From assembly GCF_001194135.2 (NCBI RefSeq), contig NC_068984.1:44217517-44281516 (forward strand): a stretch of 64,000 nucleotides of DNA. Direction: 5' to 3'. The notes beneath the pieces are model-generated. The model searched no databases. It had not been told where the DNA came from and was given only the letters and a program-made list of their open reading frames with translations. Each line of letters starts with the position of its first letter. Position 1 is the stretch's first letter. Of the stretch, positions 25,000 to 37,559 are shown piece by piece. Origin of the DNA: Octopus bimaculoides. Lineage: Eukaryota. The translations under genes were made by a program, and so were the position numbers.

Positions 25000-26039
25000 A
25001 GTTTCGAAACAACGCCAAAACAACGCCAGATCATACATTCANNNNNNNNNNNNNNNNNNNNNNNNNNNNNNNNNNNNNNNNNNNNNNNNNNNNNNNNNNN
25101 NNNNNNNNNNNNNNNNNNNNNNNNNNNNNNNNNNNNNNNNNNNNNNNNNNNNNNNNNNNNNNNNNNNNNNNNNNNNNNNNNNNNNNNNNNNNNNNNNNNN
25201 NNNNNNNNNNNNNNNNNNNNNNNNNNNNNNNNNNNNNNNNNNNNNNNNNNNNNNNNNNNNNNNNNNNNNNNNNNNNNNNNNNNNNNNNNNNNNNNNNNNN
25301 NNNNNNNNNNNNNNNNNNNNNNNNNNNNNNNNNNNNNNNNNNNNNNNNNNNNNNNNNNNNNNNNNNNNNNNNNNNNNNNNNNNNNNNNNNNNNNNNNNNN
25401 NNNNNNNNNNNNNNNNNNNNNNNNNNNNNNNNNNNNNNNNNNNNNNNNNNNNNNNNNNNNNNNNNNNNNNNNNNNNNNNNNNNNNNNNNNNNNNNNNNNN
25501 NNNNNNNNNNNNNNNNNNNNNNNNNNNNNNNNNNNNNNNNNNNNNNNNNNNNNNNNNNNNNNNNNNNNNNNNNNNNNNNNNNNNNNNNNNNNNNNNNNNN
25601 NNNNNNNNNNNNNNNNNNNNNNNNNNNNNNNNNNNNNNNNNNNNNNNNNNNNNNNNNNNNNNNNNNNNNNNNNNNNNNNNNNNNNNNNNNNNNNNNNNNN
25701 NNNNNNNNNNNNNNNNNNNNNNNNNNNNNNNNNNNTATATATATATATATATATATATGGAAAATGTTCCAATCTTTGGCATTAGGGAGAATTGGCAGAT
25801 ACGCTCGGCTTCCAAAAATACTACCTTCGAAATCAAGAGCAAAAACACGCTGTTGTACTAGTCTGATATCTCGAGGTTTTCAGTTATTCAACTGCTTACC
25901 GAAATAAATACAAATGGAGCTTATACTGACACATTCAGCAGAATATTCGATAAACTCAATGTGGATCAGCTGCTACAAAGTCAATCATAAGCCATCTTCT
26001 AGCCGTAAAGCGACAACTAAAATGAAAGAAAATAAATTA

Positions 26040-26096
26040 GGGGGGCGCTCCAGCATGGCCACAATCAAACGACTGAAACCACTAAAAGAATAGAAG
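26040..26096 (+). mobile_element. SINE family A, tail fragment
   Basis: GGGGCGCTCCAGCATGGCCACAATCAAACGACTGAAACC. Confidence 0.6.
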
Positions 26097-28189
26097 TGTA
26101 TATATATATATATATATACATACATACATATATATGCATATATACATACATACAAACACAGATATAATCATGTGTACGTATGAATGCATAGAAACTGATG
26201 ATGAATTCAAAATTTCCAAGACAAGAAGGGAAGGTCTTGCCTATTATATGCATATATAACTTGTATGCATGTATGTCGCAACAACTAATCAATATATTTT
26301 CAAATGAGCATATGGACCTTTATTTCTTTAGTATAACAGTTGTCCGTGTTATTAGATTTTACTTAGCTTATTACGTCAATAAAGTGATGTCTTTTTTCTG
26401 CACCATTATCCGAATGCCTAAAAGAATACCATGCTAAAAAGGAAAACAAGCAAATAGATAAGAATACATAACGAAAGAAAATTTCAAACCGAAAAATCTG
26501 CTGTTTGCTTCCGTGGATGGATAATGAAACAAACTTAACTTCAAAAATGACAGCGACGTCATAAATGATGATATCGATGACCTGGTAGTTTGAAATTCAG
26601 AATCGATTAGCTTCAAACTATCGATCTACAAAAATGTTACTTTATAATGAGCTGCCATCTATGGATCTACTCTAATCTTGTGGCAGCCATTCACCACCAT
26701 ACATTGATATTAAAGCTGATATTAAAAGGAGAAAAAATCCTTTCTTCTATTAATATTGATAATTAAGTTGAATGTAAGATAACGTGAATAAGATTGCATC
26801 TATTTATACATTCATTAATGTATTTTGTTCTCTTCGCATTTTCTTGCCATTACTTTTGTTTTGTTTGTCATATTATTCTTTGTTCTTGTTTGATACTTAT
26901 TCTAATTTTAGTTTATTATAGTCCAAATAATTTAGCCCAGGCTTTAAATTCAATAGAGCTATACAGAAAAAAAAATCTGTCTGACTAACCATTTGTCTTC
27001 CAATTTATTGTCTGTGTGTCGACTAGGAAATCTGTCTCCTTAGTGATACAGACATGGAGAGAGAGAGAAAAAAAATGAAGGTTTTAAGCGGCAAAAACAA
27101 GCGAAAGAAATTTTTCCTTATTCTTTAAACATCAAAATCTAGATTTGATTTTGAAATAATAGGTTTCCACATAAAGTGCTAAAAAATGGTTACATTAAGG
27201 GAGTATTATTGTATACATAATTACTGTGGCAAAATTGTGGGTCACAGTTATTCTGTATAATAATATATGAGATATGAGAAGTGAAGTACATTGTTCATCC
27301 ACTACCTAAAATGTAGGGTATAATNNNNNNNNNNNNNNNNNNNNNNNNNNNNNNNNNNNNNNNNNNNNNNNNNNNNNNNNNNNNNNNNNNNNNNNNNNNN
27401 NNNNNNNNNNNNNNNNNNNNNNNNNNNNNNNNNNNNNNNNNNNNNNNNNNNNNNNNNNNNNNNNNNNNNNNNNNNNNNNNNNNNNNNNNNNNNNNNNNNN
27501 NNNNNNNNNNNNNNNNNNNNNNNNNNNNNNNNNNNNNNNNNNNNNNNNNNNNNNNNNNNNNNNNNNNNNNNNNNNNNNNNNNNNNNNNNNNNNNNNNNNN
27601 NNNNNNNNNNNNNNNNNNNNNNNNNNNNNNNNNNNNNNNNNNNNNNNNNNNNNNNNNNNNNNNNNNNNNNNNNNNNNNNNNNNNNNNNNNNNNNNNNNNN
27701 NNNNNNNNNNNNNNNNNNNNNNNNNNNNNNNNNNNNNNNNNNNNNNNNNNNNNNNNNNNNNNNNNNNNNNNNNNNNNNNNNNNNNNNNNNNNNNNNNNNN
27801 NNNNNNNNNNNNNNNNNNNNNNNNNNNNNNNNNNNNNNNNNNNNNNNNNNNNNNNNNNNNCATATAGCTACCACGCAAATGTGCGTCAATATTTTACGGA
27901 ATTACACTTATGCGCATGCGTTAAGTGATAGCTGATATAAAAGACTTAGTTCAAGTAAAAACAAATACACTTTTCACTTACCACCACTACTACCACCACC
28001 ACCACAGCCACCGCCTCCATTTCCAACACCACCACCTCCATCTCCACTACCACCACCTCCTCCATTTCCACCACCACTACCTCCATCCCCACTACCACCA
28101 CCATCATCATATCTCTCCCCCTCTCTTTCCGCCCTCTCGCTTCCCTCTCTCTTACCCTCTCTTACCCTCTCTCACCCTCTCTCTGCTGC

Positions 28190-28600
28190 TATTTTCCAAG
28201 ACCCGTCTTTTGATAGCTTCAAGCTCTACTTCTGTGAACCAACGATATTTTCTTATTGCTCTAGCCTAGTTTGATCCCATAGTCTCTGTTCCGTGAGTTG
28301 AAACAATCCCTTTTCCCTCCAGTGATCATACATACGTTGTCGGCAACCCCTAATTTGAGCACCATTTTGATCTACCGTGCTGCTCAAGTTGTAACACTCC
28401 ATGACCACAGCATTAATTTGCTTGCTCCATCTATGCCGTGTGTCGTGGTCCCTTTCTGGATATCGACTGGCTGGAGCCGGACCAGAATCTCTGAGCCTAC
28501 CGGGTGTAACACTGTCACCATCAATGGCTTCAATTTCATTACCACCGTTATTCACAATATTTTTTTTTATTTTTTTATTGTCAGTCATATGAGGTAGCGG
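28190..28600 (-). mobile_element. R4/Dong-like non-LTR retrotransposon, N-terminal region
   Basis: RHRWSKQINAVVMECYNLS...RGCRQRMYDHWREKGLFQLTEQRLWDQ, then after a frameshift RAIRKYRWFTEVELEAIKRR. This matches the Myb-like N-terminus typical of R4/Dong elements. Confidence 0.75.
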
Positions 28601-29029
28601 TTATCAGGTTGCGCAATTACCAGTGTTTCATTGTGACACAATAACCAATGGTTTACTGTGGCCTTCCTCAGCGATGTGCTGTCATGCAGAACGACTTTCC
28701 AGAGAGTCCATTGCTCATTTGTAATCTTCTTCAGTGAACAGGCTGTTTTTCAGTCTTCTATCGCCGTTGTCAATTACTGCCTTTATTGTTGTATATATGT
28801 GTAGTAGCAGCAGTGGTGGCAGCAACAGCAACAGTAGTAGGGGTAGAGGTGCTGGTAGTAGTAGTAGTTGGGCCTCAGATACCTGTGCTATCAGAACAAT
28901 AGTAGTTGCAGTATTAGCAGCTGCAGCATATTATTATTATTATTTTTATCATTATCACCATCACCACCACTACTATTGTTATTATCATTATTACTATTTC
29001 CAATTATAATTAAAAGATTTTATTAAATG

Positions 29030-29585
29030 ATTATTATTATTATTCAGTAGTCTTACTTTTATCACGTGCTTTCACTGCACTATTGAGCGCAGCTCTGTGT
29101 GCCTTGGGTATGTGCTGGGATTTGTTGTGATGCTCTTATTTTTACTGTATTGAATGTATTTTACGTAGGATGTGTGCGGTCCTAGTAGTGTTTTTTTTTT
29201 GTTTTTTTGTAAGTTATATATACTTGTTAGTCCTGGTGTTTTTGTTATTTATTTGTCTGAATATTTTTTTACCATACCTAATACGCCTGCTATGACAGGA
29301 ATTGTTTCTGTTTTTAGACTCTACATTCGAGTTATCTCTATCTCCAGATCCTTGCCTTTTGATAGTTACTCCGTTTCTTTTATAGAAACATTGTCATATG
29401 TTGGTATTGATTAAAAAGCAATTTTTCTTGGTGATCTCCGACAACTATATCCGGCATATTTGCCTTAATTTCTCTATCTCTGTGTATTGGTATATCTCTG
29501 TGTATTGGTATATCTCTGTGTATTGGTATATCCCGGAGCAGGGTTGCTTTCTCATTTCTTCTGTGACCTTTTCTGAGTGTGTTTC
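29030..29585 (-). mobile_element. R4/Dong-like LINE 3' end (restriction-like endonuclease) with a (TAA)n tail
   Basis: Broken frames give HTPEKVTE.., SIPTYDNVSIKETE, KDLEIEITRM, TETIPVIAGVLGMVKKYSDK and ITKTPGLTSIYNLQK. Ends in AATAATAAT. Confidence 0.8.
29475..29532. repeat. 18-bp tandem repeat x3.2 inside the LINE
   Basis: Unit TATCTCTGTGTATTGGTA. Confidence 0.95.
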
Positions 29586-29586
29586 T

Positions 29587-30310
29587 TTGCCCTACGAATT
29601 ATATGTATTCATGCCAAATTTGTTTGGCGACCGCTTGGCAGACGTCTCCAGTAACTGGCAACAGAACGGGAGAATTCCTAGTGCTGTTAGAAGAGGTGTG
29701 TAACACTGCTGAGGGAGGACGCCGACAAAGGTGACATACTCGAGAATCTTCGGCCCATAACTCAGTTGAGATTTTAGCCAAAGTGTTAACGAAAAGGTTG
29801 GCGCTTGTTCTCGGTATCCTGGTCGGACAAGCGCAAACGTGCGCAATCCCGAGCAGGTCTATCCACGACAACTTCCACCTTATGCGATGTATCATAGAGA
29901 GGGTTGAGACCCCAGCTGGCTTCGGGGGTGCCCTGATCAAACATTTTGGGCCATGTCCCTAGAGTAAAAAAGACTGAAAGGCATGAGGATAGATACCTTC
30001 TTCTTTGGAGTGGAGAGGAAAGTGCTGTCTTCGAATGAGTTTACTGAAGGGTGGGTGAAAGTTGTGAAAATGGCAAGAGTGGATGGTACCTCTCTAAGTG
30101 TAGACCTGTGAGTCGGGGAGAAGGAATTGGAGAGGGCACTTACTCCTAGGATTTCAGGTAAATCTCGGACAGTGATGTTCCTCGACTATCTGTACAGGCG
30201 TTCCTGTATCAGAAAGGCCACATCCTCCCACTACATTTTTTACCTTTGCATGCTATGCGTATGTCCCTTCTTTTCCAGTGTGTACCGTGTATACTTTTTA
30301 TTTTATTGAT
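29587..30310 (+). mobile_element. L1/Tx1-like LINE ORF2 fragment, internally deleted
   Basis: LPYELYVFMPNLFG...WQQNGRIP, LRPIT, ILAKVLTKRL, QTCAIPSRSIHDNFHLMRCIIE (early RT motifs) jump at about 29950 to VERKVLSSNEFTEGWVKVVKMARVDG* (C-terminus), followed by a pyrimidine-rich 3' UTR. Confidence 0.8.
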
Positions 30311-30581
30311 TATTTATTTTTTATCATTTCATTATTATATATAAAGCCCACACTTTATGTCTATTCCTGTATCGTCCTCTTCACCCTTTCGGCAAATAAA
30401 TGAAATTATTATTATTATTAATATTATTATTATTGTTGTTGTTGTTGTTGTTGTTATCGCTGCCTTGTGCTAGATTGTTCCTTATTCATCTAAACTCTTT
30501 TCTTCGACACGAACATTCAAGAGATTTATCTTCATAGAATGAGTATAATATTTTCGAAGTTCAACATCAATGCGCCGGTGT

Positions 30582-30630
<49 letters not shown>

Positions 30631-31507
30631 NNNNNNNNNNNNNNNNNNNNNNNNNNNNNNNNNNNNNNNNNNNNNNNNNNNNNNNNNNNNNNNNGTGCGT
30701 GTGTGTGTGTGTGTGTGCGTGTGTGCGTGTGTGTATGTGTGTGTGTGTATGCGTGCGCGTGCGTGTCCCATTTCCTTATTAATTTTCGTGATAACAACAC
30801 CAACGAAAAATCAAAAATAAAAACGGTATACTGTAATACAAGTACATAATTACATTCAGCGTAAATTGATTAAACCTGTACGAGTCTTAGCAATCACTTT
30901 TGTTTTTATGTAAGTGGAATAGCTAACATACACACCATGTCTGCACTATACGACAAATTAGATGGGAATTCTCTGATGCAGTTTTCTTTTTAATGGGACA
31001 TAAACCGACGTAAGGTTTTTGAAACAATTATAATAAAACTATACTCTCTTACATTCAGTAGGAAATCTACAGGGAGCAAACGTCTTTTTTTAGCTAAATG
31101 ATGACAGCCTGCATGCATACTGGAACACCTTAAACATAATGTACTCTAGAAAATGCGTTAACTGTAACAACTCATTTAAATACATATGCCTCACTCATAA
31201 AGACATTTCTCGCTTTCAGCAATGTTGTATTGTTCAATCTCATTCTTTCTTTTCTTTTCATTTTTCTGTTTTTGTTCTGTGTTTCTTTTTTTGTCTTCAG
31301 GAAGAATAAATGAATAACCTTTTTTTTATAATTACGAAACGTAGTTTTGGAGACCATAGTTTTTTCTCTTGCCACCACGAATAAAATGGTTAAATGATTT
31401 ATAGTACAATCGCAACATTATCGTTGTTACCCAGGAGTGTAATCTATTTTTGTATTTCACTTTTCTCTAACTGCCTCTTTTTTCTTTTTCTCACTCTCAC
31501 ACGACAC

Positions 31508-31571
<64 letters not shown>

Positions 31572-32476
31572 NNNNNNNNNNNNNNNNNNNNNNNNNNNNN
31601 NNNNNNNNNNNNNNNNNNNNNNNNNNNNNNNNNNNNNNNNNNNNNNNNNNNNNNNNNNNNNNNNNNNNNNNNNNNNNNNNNNNNNNNNNNNNNNNNNNNN
31701 NNNNNNNNNNNNNNNNNNNNNNNNNNNNNNNNNNNNNNNNNNNNNNNNNNNNNNNNNNNNNNNNNNNNNNNNNNNNNNNNNNNNNNNNNNNNNNNNNNNN
31801 NNNNNNNNNNNNNNNNNNNNNNNNNNNNNNNNNNNNNNNNNNNNNNNNNNNNNNNNNNNNNNNNNNNNNNNNNNNNNNNNNNNNNNNNNNNNNNNNNNNN
31901 NNNNNNNNNNNNNNNNNNNNNNNNNNNNNNNNNNNNNNNNNNNNNNNNNNNNNNNNNNNNNNNNNNNNNNNNNNNNNNNNNNNNNNNNNNNNNNNNNNNN
32001 NNNNNNNNNNNNNNNNNNNNNNNNNNNNNNNNNNNNNNNNNNNNNNNNNNNNNNNNNNNNNNNNNNNNNNNNNNNNNNNNNNNNNNNNNNNNNNNNNNNN
32101 NNNNNNNNNNNNNNNNNNNNNNNNNNNNNNNNNNNNNNNNNNNNNNNNNNNNNNNNNNNNNNNNNNNNNNNNNNNNNNNNNNNNNNNNNNNNNNNNNNNN
32201 NNNNNNNNNNNNNNNNNNNNNNNNNNNNNNNNNNNNNNNNNNNNNNNNNNNNNNNNNNNNNNNNNNNNNNNNNNNNNNNNNNNNNNNNNNNNNNNNNNNN
32301 NNNNNNNNNNNNNNNNNNNNNNNNNNNNNNNNNNNNNNNNNNNNNNNNNNNNNNNNNNNNNNNNNNNNNNNNNNNNNNNNNNNNNNNNNNNNNNNNNNNN
32401 NNNNNNNNNNNNNNNNNNNNNNNNNNNNNNNNNNNNNNNNNNNNNNNNNNNNNNNNNNNNNNNNNNNNNNNNNNNN

Positions 32477-32514
<38 letters not shown>

Positions 32515-32574
32515 TGTGTGTGTCTGTGTGTGTGTGCGCGCGCGCGTGTAAAAATGCATATATCCGGGGCTATG

Positions 32575-32665
32575 GCTGCATGTTTAAAACTTTCGCTTCG
32601 AAAATGCGTGATTCAAAGTTCATGTTCGATCGCAAACATCATTGGGAAAGTATCTATTAGTAAAT
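32575..32665 (+). mobile_element. SINE head, degenerate (family A-like)
   Basis: GGCTATGGCTGCATG...ATGTTCGATC...TTGGGAAAGTATCT. Confidence 0.45.
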
Positions 32666-33259
32666 GGGTAGCTACAGGTTTTAACTGTATTCTCTTTTTT
32701 TTTTGTGACAGAAACTGAATGAAATCTCGTAAGAAGGACCTTTCCTGCTCTTGAACGTAGATTTGATTTGGATTACACTACCTGAACCTCGAATGCATTT
32801 AGCGCACTTCATATTGAGTGGATCTTGGTTTCAAGACTTCTACCTGCCAACCTCAGAGACCGTGAGAAATTTTATGTGCGTTGCTACTCCCTTTCTGACT
32901 AAGTCACTCATCTAATATATGCATGTGCGTATGTGTGTGTATGGGTTTGTATATGTTTGTGCGTGTATGTGTGTAAGTGTATATATGTATAGGATAATAT
33001 TTAAAAAATTGAACTGAAGGATGACAAAGGGACAAACGGAAAATTCACACACAAGACATGGGTATGCTCTTCCCTCGTCAGTTATCTCAAAAAATCATTA
33101 CCATTTCACGCTTTTAACGGTAATATTGTTCATTTTGGTGGCGTCAAAAGCAAAAAGCTGCTGGGAATAATGAACGAACGTGGTGGACAGTGACGAAAAC
33201 AAACTCGTCACAGGTAGTAGATAGGAAAATGAATGTACAAACAGAATAAAGGCCGTATA

Positions 33260-33416
33260 TACGAGGGGGTGCTGAAAACTTCCTGATTTTAGAGTACCGC
33301 GAAAGTTGCAGGCTCAGAAAAACTGCAATAAGTGTGTGAATCTGACGGGGGAATATGTTGAATAAAGTCATAATTAACTGACCCTCCAGTATTTTCTTTT
33401 ACCCAAAGCCAGGAAC
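33260..33416 (+). mobile_element. Mariner-derived miniature element (MITE-like)
   Basis: Left end TACGAGGGGGTGCTGAAAACTTCCTG and right end ACCCAAAGCCAGGAAC (inverted, truncated). The interior encodes NKCVNLTGEYVE*, a transposase C-terminus. Confidence 0.75.
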
Positions 33417-33438
33417 AGATTCCTTCCTATATAATGAA

Positions 33439-33488
<50 letters not shown>

Positions 33489-33497
33489 AATATATAT

Positions 33498-33536
<39 letters not shown>

Positions 33537-33602
33537 ATGGGTGTGTGTGTGCGTGTGCGTGTGTGTGTGTGTATGTATGTGTGTGTGTGTGTGTCTCGTG
33601 CA

Positions 33603-33818
33603 TGCTTGCAGAATCGTTAGCACACCGGGCGAAATGCTTAATGGCATTTCGTCTGCCGTTACGTTCTGAGTTCAAATTCCGCCGAGGTCGACTTTGCCTT
33701 GCATCCTTTCGGGGTCGATTAAATAAGTACCAGTTACGCACTGGAGTCGATGTAATCGACTTAATCCCTTTGTCTGTCTTTGTTGGTCCCCTCTATGTGT
33801 AACCCCCTGTGAAAGATA
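33603..33818 (+). mobile_element. SINE family B variant, well preserved
   Basis: GCAGAATCGTTAGCACACCGGGCGAAATGC...GAGTTCAAATTCCGCCGAGGTCGACTTTGCC. Confidence 0.9.
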
Positions 33819-34361
33819 AAAAAATAAATATACTCCCCTAACAAACGTCCTCTTCCTAAAGTTGAACCAAGAACCCCATAAAGACTACCAATTGTTTATT
33901 TTCGTTTACTTGTAAAAATTAACTCGAGGATCAGCACTTCTCTTCACCTCCTTACAAGTTTCAAGACATCCATAAAGAAAATGACGCAGCTTTCAGTATT
34001 GAAAAAATGTTTTTTGTTCGTCATAGCCACCAGCGAAAAACTGTTTAGCGGAATAGGAAGAGGTAAAGAAGATGAGAGAGGAGTGTGAAGATCGACATAT
34101 TGAGTTGCGGTGCTTGTGTGTTGGGGGTGGTTGTGGTGGTAGTGGTGGTGCTGGCAGCAGCGACCATGGTGGTTCAGCGGTGGTAGCAGCGGTGGTGGTG
34201 GTGGTGGTGGTGACGCTGAAGTGGGGGAATTCATGAAAACACCTTCAACACGAAAGTGATTCAGCTTTGGAATTAGGTTTCTGGCTCATTGACAGCAACT
34301 CATTAACTGAATTTTCAACCGACTGTGTAAATAGAATGAACATCTTAATTAGCAGGGAATA

Positions 34362-34383
34362 ATGATGATGATAACAACAAGAG

Positions 34384-34415
<32 letters not shown>

Positions 34416-34470
34416 ACAACAACAACAACTATAACAACAATAACAATAATAATGAATAAATAAACTAACA

Positions 34471-34508
<38 letters not shown>

Positions 34509-34525
34509 AAATAATGATAATAACA
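34362..34525. repeat. Compound trinucleotide microsatellite (ATG/AGC/AAC/AAT)
   Basis: Seen directly. Confidence 0.9.
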
Positions 34526-35370
34526 AAACTCATTTAGAGTTAATTAACTTCAATGAAATAAAGAAAAATAAGGTTGGGAAGTGGGAGAGGGCGGATGACG
34601 AGGAGAAAATAGGAGAAATATTGAAAGTTAGAGAAGGAAGATGGGTTGTAAGGGAGAGGGGTGGCTTGGAGAGAAAGAAAGGGAAATGGCAAAGAAGCGA
34701 CGCAAGAAAAAAAAAAGACGCAACAACATCAACATCAACAACAACAATAACAACAACAACAAAGAAATAATAGGAATAAGCAATGGAGAGAGGTAGAAAA
34801 TATATTACTCGAAAAGAAATTAGTCTTGACTGAATGAAATTCAGTTTGGCAGAAAAAATGTAACAAGCTGTAACAGATTTGAAAGCGATCATTTTGACGA
34901 AATCTCCACCCATACCCAAGAATTAAAACGCCATTGATGTAAATCGACTGTGAAACCACAGATAGGACAATTATTTAATCATTTCACGGGCAACATTGTT
35001 TGTTAGGCAATACACGGGTCAGATACGAGTGATCTTGTGAATACGACGTTTAACCCTTACAGATACACGCACATACACACAAACACACATTTACATACAC
35101 ACATATCCATATGCACACGAGCATACACATACATACAGAGACCTTTTTACGCACATTCTTGATTACTTGCAAGAAAAATACGCAATCTTATGGTTAGTTA
35201 TGTTTTTCCATTAACAAACTGCAAGAATGATCGGAGGTGGTCAAAAAAGATAGGTATGATGCACGGCAATGAAGACATTATCACAAACTTGTATCAGTCT
35301 AAACAGGTCCAGTATTCGACTAGTCACAGAGTTATCTGACTATGGTACATGTAAAGTAACATCTCAATCA

Positions 35371-35405
<35 letters not shown>

Positions 35406-35466
35406 CAGCAGGAGATGACCGAACGAAATAGCTCTCAACAGGTCATGTGTTTAATACCAAAGATGT

Positions 35467-35687
35467 AATACATTCTTTTCTGCTCTAGGTACAAGGCCCG
35501 AAAGCTGTGGAGGGGAGCCAATCGATTAGATCGACCCCAGTAAGTAACTGATACTTAATCTATCGGCCCCGAAAGAATGAAAAGCAAAGTCAACCTCGGC
35601 GGAATTTGAACTCAGTACGTAACGGCAGACGAAATACCGCTAAGCATTTCGCCCGGCGTGCTAACGTTTCTGCCAGTTCACCGCCTC
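35467..35687 (-). mobile_element. SINE family B, full length with a 10-bp target-site duplication
   Basis: Flanked by CCAAAGATGT at 35457-35466 and 35688-35697. Confidence 0.92.
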
Positions 35688-36116
35688 CCAAAGATGTCCT
35701 TTCATTGGACTACTAGACAAAAAAGAAGTTATTATACATAGAATCTTCACTTCGTTGTATAGGAATAGGAACCATAGTATCTCGGAATAACTTGCGATTA
35801 ACTTTTAACCTATCCTGGTGGGGTCTATCGTTTATTCTATTATCTCCATGAAACTGAATTTAAATAATAGGTCTCAATACGTGGATCCACGTTATTCATA
35901 GTGTGCTTTAAAAAGTTCTTGAAATATTTAGTTATTTCTCTTTACACGAGTTCAAATTTTTTTGTAATAAACGCTGACTCTCATCTTCCTGGCGGTCAAT
36001 CGACAATATATTTTCCTCCAAAATATGTAGCCTTGTCTTGAGGTGAGATGTATTTAAAAAGGAGAATCTATCAGTGTTTACTTACTCTTGATATACTATG
36101 TATTGATTATTTAGAT

Positions 36117-36250
36117 GGCGGATTGGTCAGGTCGATAAACTGTTGGACAAAATGCCTCGCAGTATTTCTTCATTTTCTTTACGTTCTGTGTTCAAATCGA
36201 ACCAAAGTGAATTTTACTTTTCATCTATTCGGGGTTGATAAAATAAAGTA
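36117..36250 (+). mobile_element. SINE family B, degenerate
   Basis: ACGTTCTGTGTTCAAATC...TTTCATCTATTCGGGGTTGATAAAAT. Confidence 0.55.
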
Positions 36251-36533
36251 AGTCAAATGGTAGATGTTATAAACAACTAGCCATGAAATTACTGCTCTTG
36301 TGCCTAAACTAGAATTCCTTATCACAATTACTCATAGGTGGTGGATAAAAGAATCAGAATTGTACTGGATATATGTTGTGGCGTTTAGTTACGCCACTTT
36401 ACTTTCTGGGTTTTAAAACGCGATAAGGCAGACATTGCTTTTAATTATTCCGTGGTCAATAAAATAAACATCAGTTAAGTACAAGAAGAATGTAACCAAG
36501 TATACCTTCCCGTCTTATTATTTTCTTTTGTAG

Positions 36534-36660
36534 AATGTTAGAAATGAAGACATATTATGTCACTGAAAACGAATTTTGGAATGGTTTGTACAAAATTCTT
36601 GAGATATCATCTATAAAATCAATTGCAAACGCCCATTCAGATTCAGTGAAGCCTTATCAG
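36534..36660 (+). CDS. Candidate coding exon of an unidentified gene
   Basis: Strong acceptor TCTTATTATTTTCTTTTGTAG| and donor CAG|GTAATA. One open frame: MLEMKTYYVTENEFWNGLYKILEISSIKSIANAHSDSVKPYQ. No homolog recognised. Confidence 0.3.
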
Positions 36661-37374
36661 GTAATAAAACACTACTGTTTCTTCCTTCTCATTATATCGG
36701 CCAGTATTTCTATGGTAAAGTATAAAAATTTATTTCGCGTGATCCAGTTGCGTTTTTAATCTGAAGTTCAACCGATGTTCGCTCGGTTTGTCGGAGAATA
36801 TAAACTGGATGTGAAAACGAGACCACCTCCCATAACGGTAGACAGACGAGAATATATGATTGATTTTACAATGAACAACAGGTAAACTGAAGCGTGTGAT
36901 TGGCCAGCCGTCATCTGGCATCACAATACAATACATACAGGCATTATCCATAACATAGGAGAAAAATGTAGGAGAGTTCAAAGGAATGGAAAGTGATATT
37001 GAATGGCTGATGATTGAGGTGACAGTGTCATTTCTACTCTCAGAAATTAGGAATTACTGCTGCTAACTGGCAGCATAGTGATTATTGTAGAGGAAAGTTG
37101 AAGCAGTGAACCACAGTAGGTCTATGTCTGGTGTGTGCAGGGTCTAGCTGATGCTATCGCGACCTCCTGCTACACACGTAAGAACACGAAATATACAACT
37201 ACATTATTGTGATAGCCAGGTTGATATTCTATAATTTTAATACTGTATTCTGAACTTTCGGTATTCCAATTTATAATTTGCATTTTATACTTAGTATCCC
37301 GAGATGGCGTATTCTGGAATCGGAACATATGCACGCTGATCTTTGTATGTGACTTGCACAATATATTTTACAAT

Positions 37375-37408
<34 letters not shown>

Positions 37409-37410
37409 TG

Positions 37411-37444
<34 letters not shown>

Positions 37445-37517
37445 TGCATGTATGTATGTAGGTAAGTATGTATGTTGTATGTGTGTGTATATATATATAT
37501 ATATATANNNNNNNNNN

Positions 37518-37555
<38 letters not shown>

Positions 37556-37559
<4 letters not shown>

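Noticed and set aside
27911-27920. NRF1-like TGCGCATGCG
   Set aside because: Isolated partial match; similar strings arise from CA/TG microsatellite decay elsewhere in the window.
35373-35441. 33-T run followed by a 33-nt micro-exon candidate, or a poly(A) tail on the minus strand
   Set aside because: The phase does not fit the next candidate exon, and no retrocopy body or TSD was identified.
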